Assembly (NCBI GenBank): GCA_043381765.1
Contig: JBHJMP010000864.1
Coordinates: 1 to 40,878 of the forward strand
Length of the DNA stretch: 40,878 bases
Direction: 5' to 3'
Source: Collodictyon triciliatum
Lineage: Eukaryota
Shown piece by piece: positions 22,821 through 36,035 of the stretch. Made by a program: the position numbers and the translations under genes. Each line of letters begins with the position of its first letter. The stretch's first letter is position 1. Under the pieces are notes generated by a model, which made no database searches, was not told the DNA's origin, and worked only from the letters and a program-made list of their open reading frames with translations.

Positions 22821-25800
22821 ATGGATCGGGTTTGTACTCCTTTCTCTTCCACCTCGCTAGTCACACAACAATTGGTTTCCCTTTATTCCCTTATTTTATT
22901 TTATTTTGTTGTTGTTACATCATCATAATAAAAGACTCAGTATGGTACTAGCTATACTTCCAAACCATTCTCCTCATTATCATGATATTTCCTGTCTGTT
23001 GCTTTTTTTTTTATTTTTTTTATTTTTCTTACAAAGCTGACTTCTTGATAATGAATACAATAACATATGGCAGTGTACGGACGTTTCATGCTAGCGCTGT
23101 GCGATTTTTAGACCAAATATCCATATTTCTTCTTGAGCATTGAATTTAATAAAGGGAAAAATAATCCAATATACAAAATATGTACAGAGTCTCCCTTCGA
23201 TAGAGAGGTGACTCTGATGCCTCCCATCTATAGAGGCGGTTTACAAAGCCGAAAGAGCAGTCGTGCACAGAGTATGTTATGATACATGAAGCTAAAGAAT
23301 GCGTGGCCGTATTTTTGTTTTGAAAATGAATTAGTTTTCCTCCTTCCCTCCTTTCCTCCTTTTCCCTTTCCCCCCCCCTTTTCTCCCTTTTCTCCCTTTT
23401 CTCCCTTTTCCTGTTTTTTTTTTAATATTTAGATGCGAATAAAGCAAAAAATCCTAATCTAAAGGTGTTTTCTCTCTCGTTTTTTGCACTTTTCCAAAGC
23501 TATTGAAATATCAGAGATATTTGAGCTTACGAGTTTTTTCTTCTTCTATTTAATATTCTCAATCGAAAAAAGGCCCAAAGCCCAGAAAGTTGACCCCTCT
23601 TCAAGATTCAAGTAGAATGAGTCCGGTATATTAAATTCCTTGATGAGTTTCGTTATACTGTGATAAAGGAATGTATTCAAATCAATGCAATTTTTTATTC
23701 CTTGTTCTCTAGATTTTACTCAGCAATCACATTATTCATTTCTTGATAGGATATGGATAGTGGCTTTATTATTCCTACACTTATACCGAAGCGGTTTGAT
23801 TTTCTCCAAAATATCGTATTGTATGATAGTTATTATGCTAAATAATTCACTTCCTAGAATCGAATAAAGGAAAAAACGCTTAAGAATTGATTATCCAAAT
23901 GCTTATAATGTATTTAACATTTTTGAAATTAACTCTAAAAAAATATTAATCAACAATCAGATACCATGTCGTGAAAAAAGCAAATCACCCACCAGAAGGA
24001 GACGACCTCCACTGCGTTTTTGATGGTTAACATTTGCAGTCATTATGAACAAAAAAAAGTGAAAAAAAACTTAGCGTGTTTATTTTACAGATTTCTTTCG
24101 AAGAATGAAAATAAAAGTGCATTTTAGAACTTCTAATTACCGATGAGCCTTATTTGTATCAAATACACATTAACCACGAGACCATCAGATTCACAAAACG
24201 CATATATGGTCACTCTCTTCCCTCCCAAGAAGCCAAACAATTCAGCAAATGAAAAAGACCAAATGCACAAATGGTATGCTAAAATGATGACCCGAAGCAC
24301 TGAAGGGCACAACACGACATTGGGTAATTATTCCGAGTCTCCACTAAGAGCCATAATAAACTGATATTCATATATTTCTTCTGATAGTATGCCATTTACT
24401 AATCTCTTAATGTAACTTCTAGAATCAATTAAGGAGGCAAAAACAGTTTGCTCCATCGCCTTTCTTGAGGTTATGAGACAGGTCATCTTTATTTTTCATT
24501 TTTGTCAGCACTACATGTCTTGTCAAGATTCGTTTATATGGGAAACAATAAACTAACTTATGCAACATCGCATCGATGCAAAATGAAGATGTCTGTTACT
24601 GATGGGGACCGTTGTTGTTTTCTTATGTTTTTATGGAGAAGATACATGCAATTATTTCAAAAGACACTTCTGTATTTTTACAGAGAAAAGAAGAAAATGC
24701 CGATGTAATCAATACCTATGTTAGAAACAATATGAATATGTCAATCTAAATGTTCCACATTGTAATGTAGCATGAATGCTTTTTTTTTTTATTATTATTA
24801 ATTTCGCTCATATGTTTTAATCTCTCAAGAAAAACCCTTGGGCGCCTTTTTGATGAAGAGCCGACCACAATGCATTTTACATCAGACAAGTCCAATAAAT
24901 TAATACAAATTTCCCTTTCCCTTCATGCAAACAAAGACCAGAGAAGACACACCAAAACATCTTTGATCTTTCATAAATTGAAAGGAAGAATGATTATAAA
25001 AAATCAAATCCATATTCTTTTTCTCCTTGCTTGATATAGCAAATATTTTTTTAAAAGACTGATTATAAATTTGGTATTATTTTTTTTTTAGAATACCTGC
25101 CGAATTTGAGCAGTTCAAAGAATCATTCATGAGATGGTATCATTCATCTATCTCTTTCACTCTTTTTTTCTTTTTTTATTTGCAAGTTATCTGGTTATAT
25201 GAATATTTGTGAGGCTAAATATTTCGACGGTCTACTCAAATAAAGACAGAGTCTCCTACCTGCTGAGTTTTTTTTTTAAATATCTCAATACTTCCTACTA
25301 TTACATTATTTAACTATATCTTTATCTGGTTCGCCAGTGAGGAACAATACGACATGTTGTTTAAGGTAAGAATACTATTCGCGAGAGTGTTGCCTTACTA
25401 AAAGTCACACTGATTTTGAATTTTTTTTATCACTTTTCAAAAACCAAAACATAAGCAGCAACCTTATTATACAAAACAGACAATAAGTAAGTTCCAAGGA
25501 ACTGCCGAAGCAGAGGTTCAAGTAGATGATGATTTTTCGAAAGGTTTGAAGCCCAGTAATAAAGCAAAAGATATTTATGCAATCATTACCAATCGATTCA
25601 ACCTTGTTTGGATACTTATTGCAGAACCTGTATTTTAAACTACTTTCCTACATATAATCGGGTACTTAGATAGGAGTGCAGTTATTGATATGATAGCGAA
25701 TTCTATGACCTCTGTAATTCTCTCTTCAATAAATCCAGCAACATGATACGTTTCCTCATTTATGAGAATGAAATTCATATACAAATATTTAAATTGGGAC

Positions 25801-28282
25801 GCTAAAGGACAATCATTTTTCTTTTCTGTTTCGCAGGGGTCGACTTACTCAGATGCCTTAAGAGACGTGATATCAAAAGGAAAGGAAGGGCCAATACATG
25901 CCTTAGTAATATATTAGTATCTTTTAAGCAGTCCACGTTGTTAATTATGATAGCAATCGATATTTTGAAACAAGTCACAAAAAGATTTTAAAATAAATCG
26001 AAAATAAGAGCATATGCAAGGAAGGTTTTTTTTTTTAATCTCCACAATACTTTGTCAATCTTCGATTGTTACCAATAATGGTTTCACCCCTCCCCTAATA
26101 TGGCACAGGCCTCATCCAATATTCATGATGAAGATGGGTTGAACTTGGACCCGATTGAAGATAGTGAAGAGTTTGCAGCGTTTAACAAATTGAAAAACCT
26201 AGCTGTTGGTATGTAACAACAAGTTTATATCAATTAACTAAGCAACTTGTGTAAGAAAACGTTATTACTATATTACTAAATGACAATAACTATACTTGAA
26301 GATATGTTAGTCCTCATTAACAAGAAAAGGAAGAAATTACCAGCACCAATCAAAGAAGAGCCGGGTACAACTACAAGTACTATTGCACATAACTCAATCA
26401 TGCGAGCTATCGATTGATGTGCTATATTGTACATATTTATCTGCATGTCTAGACTCACAAGATGACCCCACAATCGCTATTATGGACCAAACCTTTCATT
26501 CCATGCGAGCTAAAAGGAAATGTGATAAGTATAGCGCCATTTTTTATCGCTCATAACTGCCATATGTCTTTATTGGGTGAATGCCTAGGTTTAAAATATT
26601 ATATTTCGCATCTATCTGCACGTATTTAGATACATTCAGACGGAGCGATCTTTGGACCCGAGATTCTCCCCTTGTAATCCCTATTATTGTCAATTTTTCA
26701 CATCGATATTATGTTTACTTTATACTTTCAACCACTCACGAACCAAATCTCAAAAAGCCATGGGAAGCATAGACTTGTGGAAGGTATCAACTTGATTTTT
26801 TTTGTTATATATGTAGTTCTTTTAGTTACAATTGGTCTTGTAACGAATGAGGCATACTAATCATAATATTGCTTCATTATCCCGTAAGCAAAACATCGAA
26901 AACATCATAATTAGATTTACTATTTAGAAAAGTGGTGACCAAAAGCAGGACCAGAAAACACAGCTTGATAAACTCCTAGAATACAAGTATTTAGCGACTC
27001 TTAACCAATAATACAGCGATGAAGAGGCTTTCCACTTTCAAATATTTTAAAAACATACATACTATATTTGAAGGAAATCAGCAGAGACGATGTTCTTTGA
27101 GAATCACACTCTCAAAAGACAGATTGAAATATTGTCAGGCTCGTTGCCTTCAGATTCACCAGGATTAAAGTCAGTGGAATGATTGATTTCTGAATCACGC
27201 ACTAACGCAATTGAAAATTATTTACCTCGCAAGATTAGGACATGATTTGAAATCAATGATATCATGATGAATAAACCATTCATTAAATTTTATAAAGGGC
27301 AAACGAATTGGTGAGAGAAAATATGAAGTTGAGAAACGAAATAACAAAACTGCAGGTATTCACAACTCTATTCTATTATAGAGAGCAATAGGGTTTTGTG
27401 TTTACATGAAACTATTCTAGGAGCAATTGGATGAGTTTCTCGATGAAGAAGAAGACCCTTCTAAATACAACGCGAAACCGGTTTGCAGTCACTTTCTATA
27501 TGGCTTATTTCTTTACTTTATTCTATATTAGAAGAAAATTAAGTGTTTATGATTCATAATATGCTGAAAAGTTGGTTTAGAGTACTCGAGGCTTGACTGC
27601 GGTCCTCTATTCGATTTTTAACACACTTTTTTTTTATTTATTGTGTGCTTTCTTTAAATTATATGAATACTTTAAAAGGGAGATAAAGGAAATAAACCAG
27701 TGGTGAGATTAGGTCGTTCGACAAGGAGATTGAAGGTGGCTGGAGCGTCTGGTCGGTTGCAGCCATAAAGCCTCCTCAAAATGTTCTGTATCCACAAAAC
27801 GACGAAATTATGCTCGGAACACTATGTTTAATTTAGGATTTTTAATTTTAATGTTTTCTTCATGCCCTGACTCGAAATTATAATTATATTAGCCAGCGAA
27901 GCTGAAATATACGAGCGGTCAAAAAGTATCCAGGCAACAACATATACATTAGATGCATCAACTCAAGAAGGAAACGAGCCCCGTAATTTTGCTAACCTTT
28001 TATTTAATTCAAAATCGATAATTTTCGATTGTATATATTGGTATGTTTTATACAAGCCAAATTGAATAGGAATAAACCAACCTTTTAATCACTTTATCAA
28101 TTCCAGTACGCTTTTTCAAAGTTGGAGATGCAGGTGATGATGGTTGTATATGTTTTAAGAGATTTCAAAATTGTTTCGCACTGAAATACCTATATTCCCT
28201 TTAGAAAATGCAAACTTATCACCAAATCAGCTCTACCCGCTTTTCGGTATTCCTCATACTTTCGAAGAGAAGCAAAAAAAAA

Positions 28283-28363
<81 letters not shown>

Positions 28364-29503
28364 NNNNNNNNNNNNNNNNNNNNNNNNNNNNNAACAAAAA
28401 ACAAAAAACAAAAAACAAAAAACAAAAAACAAAAAACAAAAAACAAAAAACAAAAAACAAAAAACAAAAAACAAAAAACAAAAAACACAAAACACAAAAA
28501 ACAAAAAACAAAAAACAAAAAACAAAATGAAAAATAATGAAGAAAAGAAAGTGTCATATTAATATCTTTCGTTAAAAGTGTCAAGTAATAATCGTAATAG
28601 TTGTAAACCTATATTTCAGACCCGAAATATCATGCACTGGATGCGACATGGGTGGATTCAAAACTGACATGGATATCAGATATTCTTTTAACCCACCGGA
28701 ACGTCCCAAATTCTATACAGGCAACATCTGCAATTTTTCAATTGATAGGACTCTGTCATCTCGTCAAACAGCATGTCGACTTCCATCTAGAATTACCAGA
28801 AAAGCTCTTAAAGACTCAAAGGCGATTTATTACTGGCAGTCGAAACCCATCCAAATATTTGGTTAATCTCCTCGAATTGGACGATACATCTAACGAGCGT
28901 TTACAGTTTTTGGAGATAAAATATAGGACCAATTTATTCATGTGAGTTTTGATTGGCTTTAAAGTATACGCTATTATTTTCCCTTTCCTTTCCTTTCCTT
29001 TCCTTTCCTTTCCTTTCCTTTTTTTTTTTAAAAAAAAAAAGAGAAAAAAATGGTTTTTGAATTAGTCAAACATGGCCAGTTATGCTTGTGAAGTTGGGTG
29101 TTAAAATGATGAGCACTTTTTTTTATGATTGATTCGACACATAACAGGTTGAGTCCTTTCAAAATTCCTGACACCGGGGAGCTATGGGAAGTTATCCCCG
29201 ACACAGCAGAGTTCCGGGTAATCTGCATGGATAAAATTTATTCACCATGATACTTTTTCTTAGCATAATTACATGAATTTTATTATAATTTTATCATGAT
29301 TTATAAATGAATCATCTAAATCCTAATCAACAGATGAACATAATTAGGTACTTCCAGGACAAGGACCAAACTCTCCTTCTAAATCAAAGAGCCTAGACCC
29401 ATCAATTGAAATGAAGCAGACTGGAGAGACACAAACGATTTTGTTCAAGAGCAATCCAAATACTGTCGCTGAGCAGAATGGGGAAACAGTACCATTATCC
29501 TAA
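22821..29503 (+). CDS. Second, diverged axonemal dynein light chain domain (AXDND1-like) protein with coiled coil, about 28 exons
   Basis: A phase-consistent GT-AG chain can be built for most of the gene. Exons 24189-24671 give VTLFPPKKP..DQMHKWYAKMM..|SIKEAKTVCSIAFLEVMRQ|MSVTDGDRCCFLMFLWRRYMQLF, which aligns with the domain in the 3479-14719 gene. Coiled coil: ENHTLKRQIEIL|ANELVRENMKLRNEITKLQ|EQLDEF. Start (ATG 22821) and stop (TAA 29501-29503) are tentative. Confidence 0.65.
28274..28527. repeat. Poly(A) run, 29-nt N gap (28364-28392) and (CAAAAAA)n repeat, intronic
   Basis: Directly visible. Confidence 0.95.
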
Positions 29504-29830
29504 TAATCAGAATTCAATACGGCTTTTTTTTCTTTCCTTTTTTTCTTTTTTTAATATATCCTTACTGTAAATGAGTCATTTCGTAGATTGCAGAATCACT
29601 TTCTAATACGGTCTTTATATTTTCTTTTGTAACTGCAGAAGGAAGATCGGTTCTTGGATTCATATGTCGAAGTGATGAAAAAAGTTGTCTTACCATATAA
29701 TTTCATCCTACATACCGCAAAAGACCAAAGAAAGAAAAATAAATGTGCTGTTGACCACTCATCCACATTCTTTAATATATGCAATATCTTCTACAATAGA
29801 TTGACCATAGGAACGTTCCTTCTCAAATAG

Positions 29831-32394
29831 ATGCCAGGGGATGTAAGACCATCAATTTTTTTCAACCTAACACTTAACATTGCTGTTTAAGCGCAACCGA
29901 AATTCTATAATCTAAAACGAATAACGATATATGGCAATATATTTAAATAATGGGAACGAACTATACAGTAATCTCATTTAAGCTCAGCCCATGGGGTCCA
30001 ATCACAACAAACGGAAAGCCATCCTCCACACGCTCGAGAAGTACTAGCCCTTCCAGCAAACTCGAGTATATAATTATTAACTTTGCAAATGCGGAATTAT
30101 GCATATACTCCTTTGTATGTTGACTCTGGGCGATACTGGTATTGATAAAAACACACAAAAAAATGGTATTCTTTATCTTCCGAGCAATTTTTAACTCAAA
30201 AGTAAACTTAATTAAAACACAACAGATCCCCAGCAACCGGGTTATTCTCCACACTCAAAGCAGACTGCTTATCACCAAACGAGACGCAATTGTCAAACAT
30301 GTAATTATTCCATCATCCTGCATTTATGGATTCCTAATAATGAGTATTATAATTTATGAGTACTTAATTGATTTTTTTTTTACGTATTTATACTAAAAAC
30401 CGGTTTATCTTCATAAAATACCATTGGGCTCAGTAATGAATACGAGGTATACATTCAAATCCCAACCACGATAAAGAGTGCTCCCTTTCCTTTCCTTTTT
30501 TTTTCTCTTCTGAATACCTCAATAATTACGTAATGAAAGAATGATGTGCGCAAGTATGAACCCGTTTCTTAAATTTGTTTACCAAATATAAGATTCCGGA
30601 TGACTCGCCATTGGCGCACGTATATAAAATCCTTGAAAACGAGCTCGAAAAGGTTTTTTTTTTTGAATGGCTTCCTTGACCATCATGAAAACAATAAGAT
30701 ATATATATAAATTAAATCATCATCTGTGCTTCTAAATGCCCTCAACTTGAATGTTTCTTCAATACTGGGGATTTCTTTCTTTGAAACCATTATACTTATG
30801 CCCAGACGACAACATAATTCATAGGATAAACCAAAGCAGAAAGATGCCCAACCATTCGTGGCAGACTTAGATAAGATACTGGAGGACGAGAGAGCGATGG
30901 TATTCATTTATTGCAGTATTCCTTCCTTCATAACCAAGCTGCAAGAAACAGCCCCAAAAAAAAAAGGAGAAAAAAGGAGAAAAAAGGAGAAAAAAGGAGA
31001 AAAAAGAAAAAAAAAGAAAAAAAGAAAAAAAAGAGAAAAAAAAAGGAAAGAGCATTCGCGGGATGAAAGAGCCAAGCCACCTCTCTTTCTCTTTCTATCA
31101 GCGCAATAATTCACGCGCATATACGCCATTTGAATCCATTCATTTCCGTCGTCACTAAATGCGACCAAAGCCATGGATATTCACGGCTGGCCTGGCGACT
31201 CTGGGACAAGCCCTGAAAATACAAGGATACGGGAAGCGAGAGGTGAAATACCCGTGGTCGAAGGAGTCGAGACAGTATGTGCACAAATCCAAAGACACAA
31301 GACAATCTGCTTTCGACTCATAGGCAACCCTTGTTTCCAGCTCCATGGACGGAATCAACACTGCACTCGGGCGGCTGACAAACCTTCGCCTGATTCCGAA
31401 CCGACCGCACACGTCGCACGAAGGCGCACGACAGCAGGATGACGATGAGAGCCCCACGCTCAAGTTCAAGACTGGGGAACAAGTCGTCGACCTGCCCTCG
31501 GTGAGGCGCGTTTCAAGACAGAAGGAAAAAAAGACAAAAGAAAAAGAAAACAAAGAAAGATGAATGGAATATTGTTCCAGAGTATGACGCTGCACAGGAA
31601 AGAGACGACATACATGAATTCAATGGTTTCGTTATGGAGTTCTTACCTTCTATGATTCTGTCATCTCAGGTCATGTCAATCGACCATCTTCGACAGAAAG
31701 TGTTTGAGAGAATCATGACGTACATCAGGTTCATCACATGCGTATCATCACCCGAATCACAGCGAATGAATAATTTTTTGTTTTTTAAAAAAAATAAGAA
31801 AAAAAAAAACAGCCATTTCCATGCAAAAGACAGAATCATCCGATACGACATCACATCAAGCGAGATACTAAGCCACTATCAAAATCCTCCTCATCAGACG
31901 CGACCACACCCGGCCGCAATCACAGCCGACACAAAAGCCGCCATCTGAGTTCCACGTGGCCGGATCAAAACTTGGACGCCACCGGCCTCGCAGAGGTTTG
32001 TGACAATCAACCAACCAATCAATCTGCGCCGCATACACAGCCTCATCCGAACCGTTCATCACGCCTGCTCCGTACAGTCATTGTGCCCAGCAGCGACGCG
32101 TCATACAGGGAGGACTCTTCGGACCAGGCCTCGAAGCCGACAACGGCCTCTGGTCCGCGAAGCAGGCACGTCTTCCGCAACATGCCCAAAGTGCGGATGC
32201 TGCCCTCGGAGGACGACGAGTTTTGGACCACGGATGAGTCGGATGCGGATGCCGTCAACGCTGCTGCGAAGCGCAAAGGCTGCTCGGACTCGCCTGATTT
32301 GCCGCCCGAAGAAAGCCAGCAGCAGGAGCAGCAGGAGCAGGAAACAACAATGCCCGTTGAGACAAATGATGGCGGCGACAAATGTGATGAATGA
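29831..32394 (+). CDS. Unknown multi-exon protein (Ser/Pro-rich start, acidic low-complexity C-terminus); may be the 3' part of the preceding gene
   Basis: Phase-consistent chain: LSPWGPITTNGK..|SPATGLFSTLK..|NEYEVYIQIPTTIR|IPDDSPLAHVYKILENELEK|KDAQPFVADLDKILEDERAM|PWIFTAGLATLGQALKIQG..|SMDGINTALGRL..VDLPS|VMSIDHLRQKVFERIMTYIR|QNHPIR..GGDKCDE*. No family recognised. Confidence 0.6.
30956..31048. repeat. A/G-rich low-complexity tract, intronic
   Basis: (AAAAAAGGAG)-like units. Confidence 0.9.
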
Positions 32395-32665
32395 CCCTGC
32401 ATAGCTGCGTTGGTTGCCTTGCGGGAAGTAGATGGACAAAGTGTGATGATAAACCCTGTGGAGATTCTTTTGATGGTGACGGATGCCGGAATTATATCAA
32501 AAAAAGAAATATATCGCAATCGAGCGTGTTTGTATGCGAGTGTATTCATTTGTCAGTGTTGTTGGTTTGGTTGGGGACCGAGTGCATGGGAACAGGCCAC
32601 GTGATTGGCTGTTTGATTTTTTGTATGGGTGATTCGGGAAGGGGTATAAATATAAAGAGCGCGGT

Positions 32666-35051
32666 TTACGAGTGGTGATAGAGGTAGTAATATCCCGCTA
32701 GTGAGACAACGGCGACAACAATGCTTGTGCTGACGAGAGCTCCACTTTCCTCCGAGCGATAGCCTTGTGGCAGATGTGGGGCAACAGACGACCGCGCTTG
32801 TTTGATGCGCTCCAGTGTGCTGACGAGTTTGGGCATGTGAATCTTGGTGGTACGTAGATACAAGAGGATAGAATTACATGGGTTTCAGACGAGAATGAAA
32901 AAAAAAAGTGTTCTTACAGGGCGGCGTTGGGGTCCTTTGTGTTGACTTTTGCTTGCATGTCGACCAGGAAACGATCGAAAGACTTGGCCAGTGATTGCAT
33001 GTCGCGTGTCTCAAGCATGAGTTTGGCACTCAGCCCAGTGCGAATCTTAACCACGTCGGTGAACACTTTTTGGTTATTGAAGCATTCACTTAGGGTGGCG
33101 ATGGCCATGACCTAGGGGAATTACAACAAAACAAGAGGGGTGGGTTTCAGACTCTAGACAAGTTGTCCTTGCTATCTAGGTAATCATGCAGCTGACGAGA
33201 GCGCATCAGCGCGAGATTTAGGGGAATTAAATTTACCTGCGGGATGGCGCAAAAGTTGAAGTTCTGCGCATCACGAATGCGGGACATGTAGGTGACACAG
33301 TCTGGAATGTGGCGAAGAGCGTCGGTGACAAGGTGGTTTAAGCATTCCATCGCCTAAGTTGAAGAGGGATACAACGTGATGAGATGAAGCCTGTATCTAG
33401 GTCAGTATTTTGTTCCAACCCGATGATTTCCTTAAGGATTTTAGGCAGGCAGAATACTAACCTTCTCTCTGTTCTTGGCCTCTGTAAAGTCCTCGAGCTT
33501 TGTGGCATACTTGGCCCAAACTTCCTGGGGCCACATGGAGCGATCTTCCAGAGCATCTTCGAGATAGTCACGGATAATATTTGTTTTTTGCAAGAACAGG
33601 CCCATGGAGTTGGGCAAGGTTTCATTGTCTCCCATCTTGGGATCTAATTGCGCACGACGGATAAGCATTTCTCAAGAATTGGCGCAACTACCAAGATACA
33701 CGCAGACGCTGTAGATGGACATACCTTCCAGACCAGAAGCAGCAAACATTTGAGATAGTCCAATGCCGACCAACCCAGCAACATAGTGGCAGTATTTGTC
33801 ATAGTCTTGAACAGTCGGGATAGTGATATCCAAATACTCTGTCATACCTACATTTAATTTGAGCTTCACACCAGAATCATACACATGAATCTTACATAGA
33901 TATCTCCTATAGTTTTTTTTTTGGCTGCGGAGGAGACAGGGACATAAAGCGTATATGACATAAGACGTATATGCAATTTGAATTACCGTGTGCCATTCGA
34001 CGAGTGATCTCTGCAATTGTTTTCTGATACCTGAGAGCATGATTATTTCATAAGAACTAAATAGCAAACCTATATCCTATGGAACATAATGTCTTGAACA
34101 GCATTTTCATGTTATATACACAAAAAGAAACACATACTCTTTCTTCAAGCTTTTGAAAATGGTGACAACGTGATAAAACTTCTCCAGAAGAAGTTTCTCG
34201 TCCTTTTCGCCGTAACCTGAGAATTCAGTGTCACAACAACAGCGGGAAATCAAAGCAAAGAATACTACTTTGAAGATATAATCTCCTTGGTGGCAAAGAA
34301 AAAAAAACCTTCCAACTTCCATCCCTCAAGATAGATGTATTCGTGAAACTTGAGCATGATGTCGATGCGCTTCTGCTTGTCCACAGTTGTGTCGTCTTCT
34401 GCACTCATATTTCATGTGTCTTTGAGTCTAATTCCATGGAAAGATGAAAATGCTATAGTAATGATACGCATAAAAAGAACATCCAATAGGAAGACAGACC
34501 AACAGTATCCAAGCCTCTCAGGACCAAATAAAAGACACAGATCTAACCACAGTTTTTAAATTATCATTAAACGCGTTGTAGTGGCCTAAGCAAAATGTTC
34601 TCTGTTGGCAAATAAAGGAGTGTCAACAAAGGACAGCGGTCTCATCAGCTTATGCAAAACATACAGGCTTTCGGAGTTCAGGACCAATCTGCTGAATGAC
34701 GGCGGCGAAACTCCTGCTCACTCGCTCCAACAAGTCAAAACAGAACCTGAACATTGCAAGTAGTATGAGACAGAGGCAAGGAAGACTAGTTGAGTTTTTC
34801 TTTTCATTATGAACACAACGTAGAGATGATCAGGTGAAGCAAGACAAAACGCAAGAGACTCTCATAATCAAGGGATATGTGCGACGAGTTGTTGTGTGCA
34901 CTTACGTCGCTGCCTCGAGTTGCTCCTTGGGAAGAGTCTCAAACTCCTGGCGCAGAGTGGATGAACGTTTGGCTTTGAGCTTGAACATAGCAGCGATCTC
35001 GTCTGGGTGGCGCCACGAGCGGACGATTGACTGTAGAAGCTTCCCCGACAT
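32666..35051 (-). CDS. FDFT1: Squalene synthase (farnesyl-diphosphate farnesyltransferase), 11 exons
   Basis: [126 protein letters not shown]-terminal TM anchor [16 protein letters not shown]. All introns are GT-AG. Confidence 0.97.
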
Positions 35052-35093
35052 TATATTTTTTGCTTGACTCTGGATGTTGATAAAAATGTTTTT

Positions 35094-36035
35094 AGAAAAG
35101 AGATAAAAAAGAGAGAATAAAAGAGAGAGAATAAAAGAGAGAGAATAAAAGAGAGAGAATAAAAGAGAGAGAATAAAAGAGAGAGAATAAAAGAGAGAGA
35201 ATAAAAGAGAGAGAATAAAAGAGAGAGAATAAAAGAGAGAGAATAAAAGAGAGAATAAAAGAGAAAAAGAGAGAATAAAAAAGAGAATAAAAAAAGAGAG
35301 AAAAAAAGAGAAAAAAAGAGAAAAAAAGAGAGAGAAAAAGAGAGAAAAGAGAGAAAAAGAAGAAAAAAGAGAGAAAAAAAGGAGAAAAAAGGAGAAAAAA
35401 AGGAGAAAAAAAGAGAGAAAAAAAGAGAGAAAAAAAGAGAGAAAAAAAAGAAGAGAGAAAAAAAAGAAGAGAGAAAAAAAGAAGAGAAAAAAAAAGAAGA
35501 GAAAAAAAGAGAAAAAGAGAGAAAAAGAGAGAGAAAAAGAGAGAGAAAAAGAGAGAGAAAAAGAGAAAAAAAAGAGAAAAGAAAGAGAAAAAAAAGAGAG
35601 AAAAAAAGAGAGAAAAAAAGAGAGAAAAAAAGAGAAAAAGAGAGAAAAAGAGAGAAAAAGAGAGAGAAAAAGAGAGAAAAAGAGAGAAAAAGAGAGAAAA
35701 AAAGAGAGAAAAAAAGAGAGAAAAAAAGAGAGAAAAGAAAGAGAAAAAAAAGAGAGAAAAAAAGAGAGAAAAAAAGAGAGAGAAAAGAAGAGAAAAAGAG
35801 AGAAAAAAAGAGAAAAAAAGAGAGAAAAAAAGAGAGAGAAAAGAAGAAAAAAAGAGAGAAAAAAAGAGAGAAAAAAAGAGAGAAAAAAAAGGAGAAAAAA
35901 AGAGAGAAAAAAAAGGAGAAAAAAAGAGAGAGAAAAAAGGAGAAAAAAAAGAGAGAAAAAAAGAGAGAAAAGAAAGAGAGAAAAAAAGAAGAGAGAAAAA
36001 AAGAGAGAGAAAAAGAGAGAGAAAAAGAGAGAGAA
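35094..36035. repeat. ~940-bp purine (A/G) low-complexity tract, including (GAGAGAATAAAA)-like units
   Basis: Nearly all A/G on the + strand, starting about 40 bp upstream of the squalene synthase ATG. Confidence 0.95.

Noticed and set aside
28274-28363. Poly(A) tail of a retroposed element
   Set aside because: No element body, ORF or target-site duplication is visible, and the run abuts an assembly gap.
31111-31595. Minus-strand ORFs with an in-frame TGA (possible selenoprotein or recoding)
   Set aside because: The + strand gives a clean phase-consistent exon chain here. No redox motif or SECIS was seen.
32821-32913. Frameshift or pseudogenisation at the last SQS intron
   Set aside because: Using the downstream acceptor gtcag|CAC (exon from 32820) restores DPNAALTLERIKQ and the TM tail.
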